In this document: piece after piece, positions 33,060 through 43,753 of the stretch | How positions within the stretch are numbered: position 1 is the stretch's first letter | How the letters are laid out: every line of letters starts with the position of its first letter | Assembly: GCA_963714275.1 (NCBI GenBank) | Contig: CAVQNT010000002.1 | Span: 512,001-576,000 of the forward strand | DNA: 64,000 bases | Source of the DNA: Candidatus Bathyarchaeota archaeon | GTDB taxonomy: Archaea > Thermoproteota > Bathyarchaeia > Bathyarchaeales > DTEX01 | Direction of reading: 5' to 3' | Notes under the pieces: generated by a model | Database searches by the model: none | What the model was told of the DNA's origin: nothing | Seen by the model: the letters and a program-made list of their open reading frames with translations, nothing else | Program-made: the position numbers and the translations under genes

Positions 33060-34511
33060 TTAACCTTTTATGACTGCCATTGGAACCAACCTTGCTACTC
33101 TGGTTGCGATTCCAACTGCGTCGCTGACTTCTGCGACCCTGTCCACGTTCTTGTACGCGAGGTCTGCTTCCTCAGCTAGCACCGATGCGCTGGCTGACCT
33201 GACGATGATTCCACGGTCCTCAAGAGCTTTCCGTACGTCGTTGCCCCAGAACCGTCTTTTCGCGGCTTCGCGGCTCATCATCCTTCCTGCGCCATGAGCG
33301 GTTGAACCGAACGAGACTTCCATGGATTTGGGCATTCCTACGAGAACGTATGAGCTTGTGCCCATCGAGCCAGGGATTAGAACGGGTTGTCCGACTTTCC
33401 TGTAGTCCGCTGGAACATCAGGGTGTTCAGGCGGGAAGGCTCTTGTTGCTCCTTTCCTGTGAACCCAGACTTTCGTTTGTTTGTTGCCGATGGTGTGTTC
33501 CTCGATTTTGGCAATGTTGTGGGCGACATCGTAAACGAGGTTCAAGCCAATTTTTTCAGCCGACGTTTTAAAGACCGTTTCGAAGCTTTGGCGAACCCAA
33601 TGCGTAATCATCTGGCGGTTCACGAAAGCATAATTCACCGCGCATGACATGGCCCTGAAGTAGTCCTGCCCCTCATTGCTTAGTCCAGGCGCACACGCCA
33701 GCTCACGGTCAGGCAGAGAAATCTTGTATTTGTTAACTGCCCTCTCCGTGACCTGCAGATAATCAGAGCAGATTTGGTGACCGAATCCCCTTGAGCCACA
33801 GTGAATCATAGCCGTAACTTGGTCTTCGTGGGTTAAACCGAATGCTTCTGCAACTTGCGGGTTATAGATTTTGTCGACTTTCTGGACCTCAAGGAAATGG
33901 TTTCCTGAGCCAAGCGTACCGATTTGTCCTAACCCGCGGCTTTTCGCGGTGTTGGAAACCTTGTCTGGGTCTGCTTGCTTCATGTGTCCATTTTCTTCGC
34001 AGTGTTTGACATCGTCTGGCCATCCGAACCCTTGGTCGACCATGTGGGGGACTCCTTCGGTTACGATGCGGTCGACCTCGGTACGGGACATTTTTATGTC
34101 TTTTCTGCTGCTTCCGAGCCCCGATGGAACGTTGTTGAAAATTAAGCTTGCAAGGTCCCGGAGTTTAGGCTCAACATCTTTCTCTGAAAAATTGGTTGTA
34201 AGCAGTCTTACGCCGCAGTTTATGTCGTAACCCACTCCACCGGGGCTGATGACGCCTTCTTCATAGTCTGTGGCTGCGACTCCCCCAATCGGGAACCCGT
34301 ATCCCTCGTGTCCATCAGGCAACGTTATAGAATACTTGTAAATGCCGGGCAGGTGAGCAACGTTCGCGCATTGAGACAGTGTTCTGTCGGTTTTTATCTT
34401 CGATAAAAGGTCTTCATCAGCTAACACTAGCCCTGGGACACGCATGCCAGGCTTGTAAGTTTGTGGAATACGCCATGAATACTTGTCGATTCTTTCGAGT
34501 GGAACGCTCAT
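33060..34511 (-). CDS. rtcB: RNA-splicing ligase RtcB
   Basis: PDGHEGYGFPIGG, DINCG, GSGNHF, HCGSRG, HNIAK, HRKGAT, HGAGR; start ATG 34511. Confidence 0.96.
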   Translation of the reverse strand: MSVPLERIDKYSWRIPQTYKPGMRVPGLVLADEDLLSKIKTDRTLSQCANVAHLPGIYKYSITLPDGHEGYGFPIGGVAATDYEEGVISPGGVGYDINCGVRLLTTNFSEKDVEPKLRDLASLIFNNVPSGLGSSRKDIKMSRTEVDRIVTEGVPHMVDQGFGWPDDVKHCEENGHMKQADPDKVSNTAKSRGLGQIGTLGSGNHFLEVQKVDKIYNPQVAEAFGLTHEDQVTAMIHCGSRGFGHQICSDYLQVTERAVNKYKISLPDRELACAPGLSNEGQDYFRAMSCAVNYAFVNRQMITHWVRQSFETVFKTSAEKIGLNLVYDVAHNIAKIEEHTIGNKQTKVWVHRKGATRAFPPEHPDVPADYRKVGQPVLIPGSMGTSSYVLVGMPKSMEVSFGSTAHGAGRMMSREAAKRRFWGNDVRKALEDRGIIVRSASASVLAEEADLAYKNVDRVAEVSDAVGIATRVARLVPMAVIKG

Positions 34512-34582
34512 CGTTTTCACCTTCGAGGTAATAATGGAAAAGGGCTTGATATAAACCCTTTTTAACAATAATATTGTGAATC

Positions 34583-34705
34583 GCCTAAGACTCAGCATTC
34601 AGTCTGATTTGTTCATCATCTGATTTTGCTGTTTGAACAACAAATCGCATTGCCTAAGACCTGTCTGATTTGTGGCGCACCTGTTCTGTTGTTTTTGGGC
34701 GCAAT
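34583..34705. repeat. Dispersed ~60-bp-period repeat family, copy 2 (between divergent rtcB and GH4 genes)
   Basis: GTCTGATTTGT at 34602 and 34663; reverse complement is near-identical to 7763-7806 and 7648-7680. Confidence 0.7.
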
Positions 34706-34745
34706 TGAGCAATAATTGATTTAAGCCCTAAACTCGAACATATGT

Positions 34746-36041
34746 GTGGTGGTTTCTTTGGCTAAGGTTGCGTTCATCGGTGCTGGAAGCGTCGTTTTCG
34801 CCAGCCGACTGCTCTGCGACATCATCAGCCATCCTGAACTCCGCGAATCCACGATTTCTTTGATGGACATCAACGCTGAAAGGCTTGGGCTCATCGACAA
34901 ACTGACTCGGTTGATGGTCACGAAATACGCGCCGAAAGCAAAAGTCGAGTCTACCCTTGACCGTCGAGAGGTGTTGAGGGATGCAGACTATGTCGTCATC
35001 ATGATACAAGTTGGCGGTTTGGAAGCCTTCGAAAAAGATATCCGCATCCCGCTGAAATATGGCGTAAACCAAGAAGTCGGCGACACGCTTGGTCCCGGTG
35101 GAGTTTTCCGTGGGTTGCGGACAGTCCCAGTTCTTTTGGACATTTGCTGCGACATGGAGGACTTGTGCCCAAATGCGCTTTTGATTAATTATGCGAATCC
35201 TATGGCGATTAATTGTTGGGCGATGAACAGTGCGACAAAAATTAGAAATGTTGGATTGTGCCATAGCGTGCAGGGGACAGCGATGATACTTGCCAGCTAC
35301 ATAGATGTGCCTTTCGAGGATGTTTCTTACTGGGTTGCGGGAATCAACCATCAAGCCTTCTTCCTCGAATACAAGTACATGGGCGAAGACGCTTACCCGC
35401 TTCTTTGGGAAGATATGAAGAAAAAAGAAGTCTACGACAGAGACAAGGTCCGTTTCGAAATGATGAAGTACCTGGGCTACTTCATAACGGAGTCCAGCCA
35501 CCACCTAGGCGAGTACGTGCCGTACTTCCGAACAACGGACGAAAAACGGAAAACGTACTGCGAACCACGATGGTTCTACTTGGAAATTTGCCAGAACGCT
35601 TGGAAGTCGCATTATGAGCACATTGAAAAACAGATCAGGGGCGAGGAACCAATCGAGGTTAAACGGTCTCACGAGTACGGAGTGGATATAATCTATTCGA
35701 CGGAAACTGGAACGTCACGCCGAATAAACGGCAACGTCGAAAACACGGGCTTAATAACCAACCTTCCGAACGGAAGCTGCGTCGAAGTCCCGTGCCTTGT
35801 CGACAAGAACGGAGTCCACCCGTGCATAGTAGGCGACCTTCCGCCCCAATGTGCAGCTCTCAACAGAACAAACATTAACGTCCAAGAATTAGCCGTCAAA
35901 GCAGCCTTAGAAAAAGACCGAGCAGCAGCGTTACAGGCGGTCATGTTTGACCCGCTTACCTCAGCCCTTTTGGCTCCGAGAGAAATCGAAAAAATGGTTA
36001 ACGAGATGTTCAAAGCGGAAGCTCAATGGCTGCCTTTCTAA
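34746..36041 (+). CDS. melA: GH4 alpha-galactosidase
   Basis: FIGAGS, DTLGPGG, NYANP, GLCHSV, AGINH, TESSHH..EY. Confidence 0.92.
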   Translation: MVVSLAKVAFIGAGSVVFASRLLCDIISHPELRESTISLMDINAERLGLIDKLTRLMVTKYAPKAKVESTLDRREVLRDADYVVIMIQVGGLEAFEKDIRIPLKYGVNQEVGDTLGPGGVFRGLRTVPVLLDICCDMEDLCPNALLINYANPMAINCWAMNSATKIRNVGLCHSVQGTAMILASYIDVPFEDVSYWVAGINHQAFFLEYKYMGEDAYPLLWEDMKKKEVYDRDKVRFEMMKYLGYFITESSHHLGEYVPYFRTTDEKRKTYCEPRWFYLEICQNAWKSHYEHIEKQIRGEEPIEVKRSHEYGVDIIYSTETGTSRRINGNVENTGLITNLPNGSCVEVPCLVDKNGVHPCIVGDLPPQCAALNRTNINVQELAVKAALEKDRAAALQAVMFDPLTSALLAPREIEKMVNEMFKAEAQWLPF

Positions 36042-36159
36042 GAAACTTCCATAACTGAGCATTAAAGAGGGAAAGCGTCAATCAGGTGCTGCACTAGGTT
36101 TATACGTGGTTAGCAACTAGAATAATCACGGGTCAAACTTCATTATAGGTGATATTTAC

Positions 36160-36663
36160 ATGTGGGATAAAGTCGCAAGATGTCTTGAAGGATACCCTGA
36201 ACGCCTCGCTGTCGCAAAGATACTCATCAAAAACGGGCTGTGCGTCAAAAACGGAAACGTCTACTGCGACGAAATCATGGTTCCCACGCTGAGAATAAGC
36301 CAAGCAGCAAACGTTGATCGAAGAACCGTGACGCAAACAGTAAAGATGATACAAAAAGACGCCGAGCTAAGCGAAGTGTTCAGGAACATTAAGCCTGCCG
36401 GGACGTCGCTGCGGGAAATCGCGAGAACCCTAGGTCTAGGCGTCGTAGAGATTACGCCAGTGGACGCAAAAACGCCTGGAATCCTCGCGCAGTCCGCCTT
36501 GATTCTCGCGGAGGCAAACATAAGCATCCGCCAAGCCATAGTCGACGACCCCGAGCTCACGCCGGAGCCGAAACTCACCTTGATCGCTGAGAAGAAGATT
36601 CCAGGAGAGCTGATTCCGCGGCTTCTGAAAGTGAAGGGCGTCTCCAAAGTCTCGATTTACTGA
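36160..36663 (+). CDS. Predicted regulator of amino acid metabolism (HTH + ACT domain)
   Basis: VDRRTV HTH; PGIL...ISIRQ...DP ACT domain. Confidence 0.85.
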   Translation: MWDKVARCLEGYPERLAVAKILIKNGLCVKNGNVYCDEIMVPTLRISQAANVDRRTVTQTVKMIQKDAELSEVFRNIKPAGTSLREIARTLGLGVVEITPVDAKTPGILAQSALILAEANISIRQAIVDDPELTPEPKLTLIAEKKIPGELIPRLLKVKGVSKVSIY

Positions 36664-36692
36664 AAACCCAAAGCCAAAGAGAATGAACGTTA

Positions 36693-37331
36693 TTGTTTGA
36701 TCTGGCAGCTTTGACCGCACTATCTTTTTTCGCTGCGCTTTCAGGAGCCGTTGTCCCAGGACCAGTCTTCGTGATGGTTGTCTCAGAATCGTTGAAGAAG
36801 GGCGCCAAGGCTGGACCCCTAATAGTCGTTGGGCACCTCATCATCGAAGCCCTCATAATCGTTACCATCCTTCTGGGACTGGATGCCTTGCTGAGCTCAA
36901 CCCAAGCAACCGCAATCATCAGCTACGTAGGCGGAGTAGTGTTCCTCCTGATGGGAGCATTACTTATAAACGCAGCCAGAAACGTTAAAAGTAATGTTAC
37001 CTCGGAAAGCAACACGAAGCTCGCGTCACATGGCTTGATTGTTGCTGGTTTCCTAAGCAGCGGCTCAAACCCACAATTCTTCTTCTGGTGGCTCGCAACA
37101 GGCATACCCACAATAGCAGTTGCCCTGTCTTCCGCTGGAACAGCAGGTTTCATTGCTTTCTTGGTTGGGCACGCTGCAGCTGATCTTTTGTGGTTCAGCT
37201 TCATCAGCTGGTCGGTTGAAAAAGGACGAAACTACCTCAACCAAAAAGCCATTAAGGCAATACTAGTAGGAAGCGCAGCTTTTCTTCTAATCTTTGGCTT
37301 CTATTTACTTTTTTCAGCAAGTATATTATAG
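36693..37331 (+). CDS. LysE-family translocator
   Basis: PGP motif, GH, SNP, five to six TM helices. Confidence 0.88.
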   Translation: MFDLAALTALSFFAALSGAVVPGPVFVMVVSESLKKGAKAGPLIVVGHLIIEALIIVTILLGLDALLSSTQATAIISYVGGVVFLLMGALLINAARNVKSNVTSESNTKLASHGLIVAGFLSSGSNPQFFFWWLATGIPTIAVALSSAGTAGFIAFLVGHAAADLLWFSFISWSVEKGRNYLNQKAIKAILVGSAAFLLIFGFYLLFSASIL

Positions 37332-37439
37332 ACTATTTAACAGTTACACAACACTTTTTGCAGAAAGTTGCTTATCTTCCCAAATCTCTACATAATCACC
37401 ATTCTAGTTATCGGATTCTCTACTATTTTAAAATCAAGA

Positions 37440-37580
37440 TTATCTCTTTATGAGAACTGCTTCTTCGAGTTCTCTGAAATGTTCGTCGCCTGTGACAACC
37501 TTTCCTTTTCTTTCTCATCTCTGAGTCAATCTCGCCAGCTTTAGCTGCGATTAGCTAGCTGAGCTTCACGTTCTACAAAA
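37440..37580 (-). pseudogene. PIN-domain (VapC-like) C-terminal remnant
   Basis: Minus-strand translation IAAKAGEIDSEMRKKRKG / VVTGDEHFRELEEAVLIKR*; N-terminus and the D..I.A.A segment are missing. Confidence 0.55.
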
Positions 37581-37632
37581 CACTTTTAGCGGAGAGTCGC
37601 CTTATCTTTTCCGTTTTGAGGTTACGTAGTCC

Positions 37633-40523
37633 TTGTCAAACGAGCAATCTGGGCGAGAAAACGTTTTCGACATGCTTGTTCGTCCCGTACGCAAGTTGCT
37701 TGAAGAAAAAGAATTCCAGACTCCAACTGAGCCTCAACAGAAAGTGATCCCGAAGATTCTTGAAGGAAAGAACGTCCTTCTTATTTCGCCCACCGCTACC
37801 GGAAAAACGGAGGCTGCGATGCTTCCGATTCTTAGCCAGCTCGTCCAGACTCCTCGAACTGAACTGGGAATCAAGGTTCTCTACATCACGCCCTTACGTG
37901 CTTTGAACCGCGACATGCTGGAAAGGCTGGAATGGTGGTGCAACAAACTGGACCTGAAACTGGCGGTTAGGCACGGAGACACCGACACAAGGGAAAGGAT
38001 GCGGCAGTCCCGAAGCCCACCAGACATTCTGATCACCACGCCTGAGACGCTGCAGGCGCTTCTTTTCGGATGGGTCATAAGCCGTCACCTCCAGTCGATC
38101 AGGTGGGTCGTGATTGACGAAGTCCACGAGATGGCTGACAACAAACGCGGAAGCCAGCTTGCCCTAGCGCTTGAAAGACTACGCGAAGCGACGCTGCACG
38201 AGTTCCAGATGATCGGGTTGTCCGCAACAATCGGAACTCCTGAGAAGGTTGCCCAGTTCCTCGTCGGCACCAACAGGCCAGTTGAAATCGTGAGGGTTCC
38301 AGTGGCCCGTTTAATGAAGCTGCAGATTGTTTACCCAGAGCCTCAAACTGAAGACTTTGCTTTGGCTTCGACGCTTTACACGCATCCAGAGGTCGCAGCA
38401 AGGCTTCGGGTCATACGCAAATTCATCGAGGCGCACAATTCGGTTCTGCTTTTCACGAACACGAGGACAATTTCGGAGGTTTTAACCAGCAGGTTCAAAG
38501 TGTGGGACATGAACTTTCCCGTTTCCATCCACCACGGGTCCCTGGCTAAGCCTTCACGCGTCGCTGCTGAACGGGGCTTGAAACAGGGTGACCTTAAGGG
38601 ACTAATCTGCACGAGTTCCTTGGAGTGAGGGATCGACGTGGGCAGAATCGACCTCGTCATTCAGTACATGAGCCCGCGGCAGGTCACGCGGCTGATACAG
38701 CGTGTTGGAAGAAGCGGGCACAGGGTCGGGCGAATGGCGAACGGAATCATCATCACCATGGACTCGGATGACACGTTAGAAGCGATGGTTATCGGCAGAA
38801 GAACATACTCTGAGGAGCTGGAACCCGTGGACATCCCCGAAAAACCGTACGATGCGCTGGCAAACCAGATCGCGGGACGATTGATGAAAAGCAGACGAAT
38901 CTACTTCCAAGAACTGTACGAAATGTTCAGGAAAGCCTACCCCTACCGCGACCTAACAATCGACGACATCCAACACGTCGCGGAATACATGCACAACAGG
39001 TTCCCAAGGTTCGCATGGGTCGTTCCTGAGGATAAGCTGATCATCAAACCGCGACAGTCGAAACCGCTTTACGAGTATTTTTTCGAGAACCTTTCAATGA
39101 TTCCCGACGAGAAACATTACCTCGTCATCGACCAGCAGACAGACTCAGCCATCGGAATGCTGGACGAAGCCTTCGTAGCGGAATACGGAAAACCTGGGAC
39201 CAAGTTCATAATTCGCGGAAGCCCATGGAAAATCCTGAATGTTCTATCTGACAAAATCTACGTTAACGCTGTCGACGACCCAACGGGCTCAATCCCAAGC
39301 TGGGTCGGCGAAGAAATCCCCGTGCCCTACGAGGTTGCGCAGGAAGTTGGTTCCATCCGTGGATTCGTGGAAGAAAAAATCCAAAGCGGAAAGGCTCTTC
39401 CAGAAGTCGCGGCTGAATTAGCCAAAAAGTACCCGGCTGACGAGCGAACGGTCCTTGCCGCACTTAAGGAAACAGTTGAAAGCGTCCAGAAAGGGTTCAA
39501 GGTTCCAACGGACAAGCGGGTAACCTTTGAAGATTGGGAAGACTTCATCATTCTCCAGGCGAACTTCGGCTCTTTAGCGAACCGGGCTTTTGCTCTGCTT
39601 TTGGGCGATATCCTTTCGGAGCGGACTGGGGTTTCGGTGGTTGTTCAGCATGACCCTTACAGGATTTTTATTCAAACGATGGGCGAGGTGGAGCTCTTCG
39701 ACGATCATGAGGACAATTGATGAGATGAAAAACGCTTCGCCAGAGTTTATTAAAGACACGCTTACAAGAGGATGCGTGAAGACGGGAATTTTTAAGAGAC
39801 GCATGATTCATGTGGCTAGACGTTTCGGTGCCCTGAAAAAGTATGTTGACTTCAGTAACGTGAGCTTGCGGAGCCTCAGTCAAGAGCTTCGAAAGTACAA
39901 TCATCTATGAAGAAGCCCTCAAAGAAGTCTTCGCCAAAGACTTGGACCCTGACAGACTAGTTGAGGTGTTCCGAAGAATAAAAACAGGCGAAATCGAGCT
40001 GGTAAAAATAGAAGCAAAAAACGAGCCTTCGCCTGTTGCCCGCGTAGGAATCGAAAGGGTCAGCATGAAAACCGACCTTATACCGCCGGAGAAGATGAGG
40101 CGCATTCTCTTGGAAGCAGCGAAAGCGAGGCTTCTGGACGAGGTGCGAACCTTCGTCTGCACAAACTGCTGGAACTACGCAGAAATGCTGACGATGAAGG
40201 ATTTACCTGAAAAGCCAGCCTGCCCTAAATGCGACTCTGTGAACCTAGGTTTGCTGTCGGTTCCAGAGGAAGAGGCTTTCAGCTTGATCGACAAGAAGGG
40301 CGAAAATCTCACACAACGTGAACACAAGCTCAAGAACCGCGCTTTAGCGACGGCTAAGTTGGTTATGAACTACGGGAAACCTGCGGCTGTCGCGTTTTCG
40401 GCGAGAAGGCTGAATGTGGACGACGTGCAGGAGATTCTGAAGAAACAGAAAACGCTTTCGGACGAGTTTTTTGATCTCGTCATCGATGCGGAAAGGAACG
40501 CGTTGAAAAGAAAATTCCTCTAG
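37633..40523 (+). CDS. lhr: Lhr-like DEAD/DEAH SF2 helicase (in-frame TGA at 38626, apparent frameshifts at ~39700 and ~39885)
   Basis: PTATGKT, TPLRAL, DEVH, SAT, HHGSL, TSSLE*GID, QRVGRSGH, C-terminal Zn ribbon. Confidence 0.9.
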
Positions 40524-40792
40524 GAAAACAGTAATACCGTAATGGCTGAATATTATCTTCTTTTTTTGTCTTCTCTCGGTTTTAGGATGCTGTCGAACCA
40601 TTCAAGGTCCTGTTGAAGGTCGTCTTAAGCAGCTTTGCCCTTTTCCTCTATCCCTAGCTGAGCTGCTAGTTAGATTGTGGCAACAATGTTTTTATGGTAT
40701 TAAAATTCCTGAATATTTATACGAAAGTACAGAAAAAGCATAAAACAAAAATAACGGTTTGTTTATGATAGACCGAACGCAGGGAAGTCTGA

Positions 40793-41266
40793 ATGTACAT
40801 ATCTCCGTTTGTCGCTTCGCCGCCTCTGGTCATTCGGAGGTTGTTGATGCTTGCTGAGTGAAAGTCAGGCGAAACCTTTTTCGACCTTGGCGCAGGCGAC
40901 GGACGCCCCGTTATCATGGCTGCACAGGAGTTCGGCGCAATGGCTGTGGGCATTGAATTAAGGCAGGACTTGGCGAAGCAGGCTTTGCAGAGGATTCATG
41001 AGCTTGGCCTTCAGGACAAGGTGACGATAATGAACAGCGACGTTTTTGGCGTTGACCTTAGGCGGGCTGACGTTGTCTATCTCTATCTGACGACAAGCGC
41101 AAACGAAAAGGTTAGACCGAAGCTGGAAACCGAGCTGAAAAGTGGCGCAAGAGTGGTCTCGCACGACTACGAGATTGTAAGTTGGATGGCGACCAAGGTT
41201 GAACGCTTTTGCGAAAACCTAAGCCTAGGTTTCCCAACCCACACGCTGTATCTTTACAAAAGATAA
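40793..41266 (+). CDS. Class I SAM-dependent methyltransferase (in-frame TGA at 40859)
   Basis: MYISPFVASP...AE*KSGETFFDLGAGDGR, YLYL, RVVSHD. Confidence 0.85.
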
Positions 41267-41352
41267 ACTTGTGAAATCTCCCACCTCCTATAATTGTGAG
41301 AAACCTTTGAACTTCTATCATTTAAAAAATAGTTTTATACAGCAGTCATCAA

Positions 41353-41413
41353 TTTCATTGGGTTTGTCTGGACTGATTTGTGTGACATCAGGATTTTCCG
41401 TTTGTGTGACAAT
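41353..41413. repeat. Dispersed repeat family, copy 3
   Basis: Reverse complement TGTCACACAAACGGAAAATCCTGATGTCACACAAATCAGTCCAGAC matches 7706-7746 and 7827-7860. Confidence 0.6.
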
Positions 41414-41645
41414 ACTGGAGCTTATGAAAACTGAACCATTTCAAAGCACGTTTATCCTGTTTTTTCAGAGCATTTTTATGTTGGTTTGTGTTGGTTTCTG
41501 GGCTTTACGGAATCTATTTCATGTAGAATATAATACAGCGAAATTTTGTGGCTTAACTGTCTATGACTTTTAGCATTCAAGTCAAAGTTTATTAGGCGTT
41601 GTTTGAAGATTTTTTACCCAATTGATGCTGAAGACAGATGGTTGA

Positions 41646-42173
41646 ATGCCGATGATGCCTGTTCCTTGGACAAACGTTAATTCTTGGCGATGCACAGGCT
41701 GCGGAATCTGCTGCAATAGATTCGAGGTTGTCCTAAAATTCAACGAGTGGCTCAAGCTGGTTCAAACCTACGGAGCGGGCGTCACGAACGCGGGGCTAAG
41801 CAAGTTCTACCTAGGCAAACGGGCTGATGGTTCATGCGTCTTTCTCACAGCGTCAACCAACGCGTGCCTCTGCGGCTTACAGAACATGAAGCCCTTAGCC
41901 TGCAAGCTCTGGCCATTCAAGATTTCGGACACCCCAAGATACGGCGAAGCTCGCGAGGCGGCTTTCGACTATCAAGGACGCAGGTTATACGTCTACATCG
42001 ACCCGTTCTGCCCCGAGATTCTGTACGGAAAACCCTCAGCCACAATGATGCATAGAGTCATCCCCGAATTCATAGAAATAGCCCTAGGCCTAAGGGAAAA
42101 ACAGTTCTACTCAACAGCGACTCCACTATACGACCTGTACCCAAAAACGAGATGGAATCACAGGCTAATATGA
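41646..42173 (+). CDS. YkgJ-family (CxxCxxCC) cysteine-cluster protein
   Basis: CTGCGICC, CVFL...C...KPLACKLWPF. Confidence 0.85.
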   Translation: MPMMPVPWTNVNSWRCTGCGICCNRFEVVLKFNEWLKLVQTYGAGVTNAGLSKFYLGKRADGSCVFLTASTNACLCGLQNMKPLACKLWPFKISDTPRYGEAREAAFDYQGRRLYVYIDPFCPEILYGKPSATMMHRVIPEFIEIALGLREKQFYSTATPLYDLYPKTRWNHRLI

Positions 42174-42299
42174 AAATAAAAACTATCAACAAACCATCCG
42201 TTACATATATATTTTCTCAGTTTCCCAAAGATTTTATATGAGGAACTGCTAAAACTACGTGAACAGGTTAAAGCCCCAAAAAACGACTTTACCAACAAA

Positions 42300-42377
42300 G
42301 GGCCGGTCGTCTAGCCTGGTTAGGACGCCTGCCTGACACGCAGGAGGTCGCCAGTTCAAGTCTGGCCCGGCCCACCA
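42300..42377 (+). tRNA. tRNA-Val(GAC)
   Basis: GGGCCGG/CCGGCCC acceptor stem; CCTGC-CTGACAC-GCAGG anticodon arm; encoded CCA. Confidence 0.95.
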
Positions 42378-42440
42378 TCATGAAAAAATATTTTTTTGAA
42401 AAAAGGTAAAATGTTTTATATATTGTAGGTTGGGAGGTTT

Positions 42441-43640
42441 CTATGTTGCGTAGGTTTCTATTGCTGCTGCGATGCTTGAGCCCATGTTGACCGGGTATCC
42501 TTCCTTCTTTAGGGCGCGTTCAAGCGCCTCCAACACGAGGATGACGCTTCTTTCGTTGGCGTTCATGCCCATGAGTCCGATACGCCAGACCTGGCCTGCC
42601 AGTTCACCGAGTCCTCCGCCCACGGTGATGTTGAACTGTTCTCGCAGCGTTCCTCTGACGTTTTTGTCTTTGACGCCTTCGGGAACTCTGACAGAAGTTA
42701 AGGCAGGACACCTGTATTTGGCATCTTTAACCTGCATTTTTAGGCCTATGGCTTCTAGACCGCTTATCAGGGCTGCAGCATTTTGTGTGTGTCTTTGCCA
42801 CCTATTTTCGAGTCCTTCCTCATAAAGTAGCTTCAACGCTTCTCTCAGGGCGTAGACCAGAAGAATGGGCGCGGTGTGGTGGTACACGCGGTTGTTTTCG
42901 AGCCAGTACTTCTCGATTGTCGAGAGGTCGAGGTACCAGCTTTGAACCTGCGTCTTCCGGTTCCTTATGTGTTCCATGGCTTTTTCGTTGGCTGTTATCG
43001 GGGCAAGCCCCGGAGCGCAGCTTAGGCACTTCTGTGAGGCACTGTAGCATAAGTCTATGCCTAGCTCATCAACATTTAACTCGCATCCTCCCAAAGACGT
43101 GACAGCGTCGACGATGAGGAGGGCGTCGTGTTCATGCGTGACCTTCAAGATTTCTTTTAAAGGTTGAAGGACGCCTGTGGAGGTTTCGGCGTGAACAATC
43201 GTAACGACTTCTGCGTCAGATTCTGATAAAGCCTCGGCGACGGCTTCTTTGCTTATTGGTTTGCCCCAGTTGGCTTCGACCGTTATTGGGGTTCCTCCGC
43301 ACCTTTGAACCATCTCTTTCATTCGTCCGCCGAAGAACCCGTTTACGCAGACGACGGCTGAGTCTCCTTTCTCTACGAGGTTGCAGATGGCTGACTCCAT
43401 GCCTGCGCTGCCTGTGCCAGAAATCGGCATTGTGATGTGGTTTTTCGTTTTGAAAGCGTATTTGAGCAGATCCACAGTTTCGTCCATAACTCCCATGAAG
43501 TAAGGGTCCAAATGTTCTACAATAGGTGAAATCAAAGCCTTCAACACGCGCGGGTCAACGTTACTTGGTCCTGCGCCTAGAAGCAGTCTTTCAGGAGGAC
43601 GGAGTTCCTCATAATTTTTTTTTGACATCTCTAACCTCAA
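42441..43640 (-). CDS. Class V PLP aminotransferase (alanine-glyoxylate type), second paralog
   Basis: GAGPSN, SGTGSAGME, HAETSTGV, VDAVTS, SQKCL, YHHT, WRIG. Confidence 0.92.
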   Translation of the reverse strand: MRLEMSKKNYEELRPPERLLLGAGPSNVDPRVLKALISPIVEHLDPYFMGVMDETVDLLKYAFKTKNHITMPISGTGSAGMESAICNLVEKGDSAVVCVNGFFGGRMKEMVQRCGGTPITVEANWGKPISKEAVAEALSESDAEVVTIVHAETSTGVLQPLKEILKVTHEHDALLIVDAVTSLGGCELNVDELGIDLCYSASQKCLSCAPGLAPITANEKAMEHIRNRKTQVQSWYLDLSTIEKYWLENNRVYHHTAPILLVYALREALKLLYEEGLENRWQRHTQNAAALISGLEAIGLKMQVKDAKYRCPALTSVRVPEGVKDKNVRGTLREQFNITVGGGLGELAGQVWRIGLMGMNANERSVILVLEALERALKKEGYPVNMGSSIAAAIETYAT

Positions 43641-43753
43641 GGTTAAAAATTTTGACCTTTATAGCATAGGTGTTTCCATATAAAGGGTTTACGCTTAGGA
43701 CTAGTTTTTAATCAAAAAAATAGTAAATGGTGTTGAAACCCAAAAAAATAAGT

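Noticed and set aside
38626-38628. Selenocysteine at the in-frame TGA
   Set aside because: The position is a conserved Leu in helicase motif V, not a Cys.
40555-40690. Possible gene remnant on the minus strand
   Set aside because: Multiple stops and no recognisable family.
41271-41573. 100-aa ORF (also 15215..15415)
   Set aside because: AT-rich intergenic sequence without recognisable coding features; the 41271 ORF overlaps the dispersed repeat.
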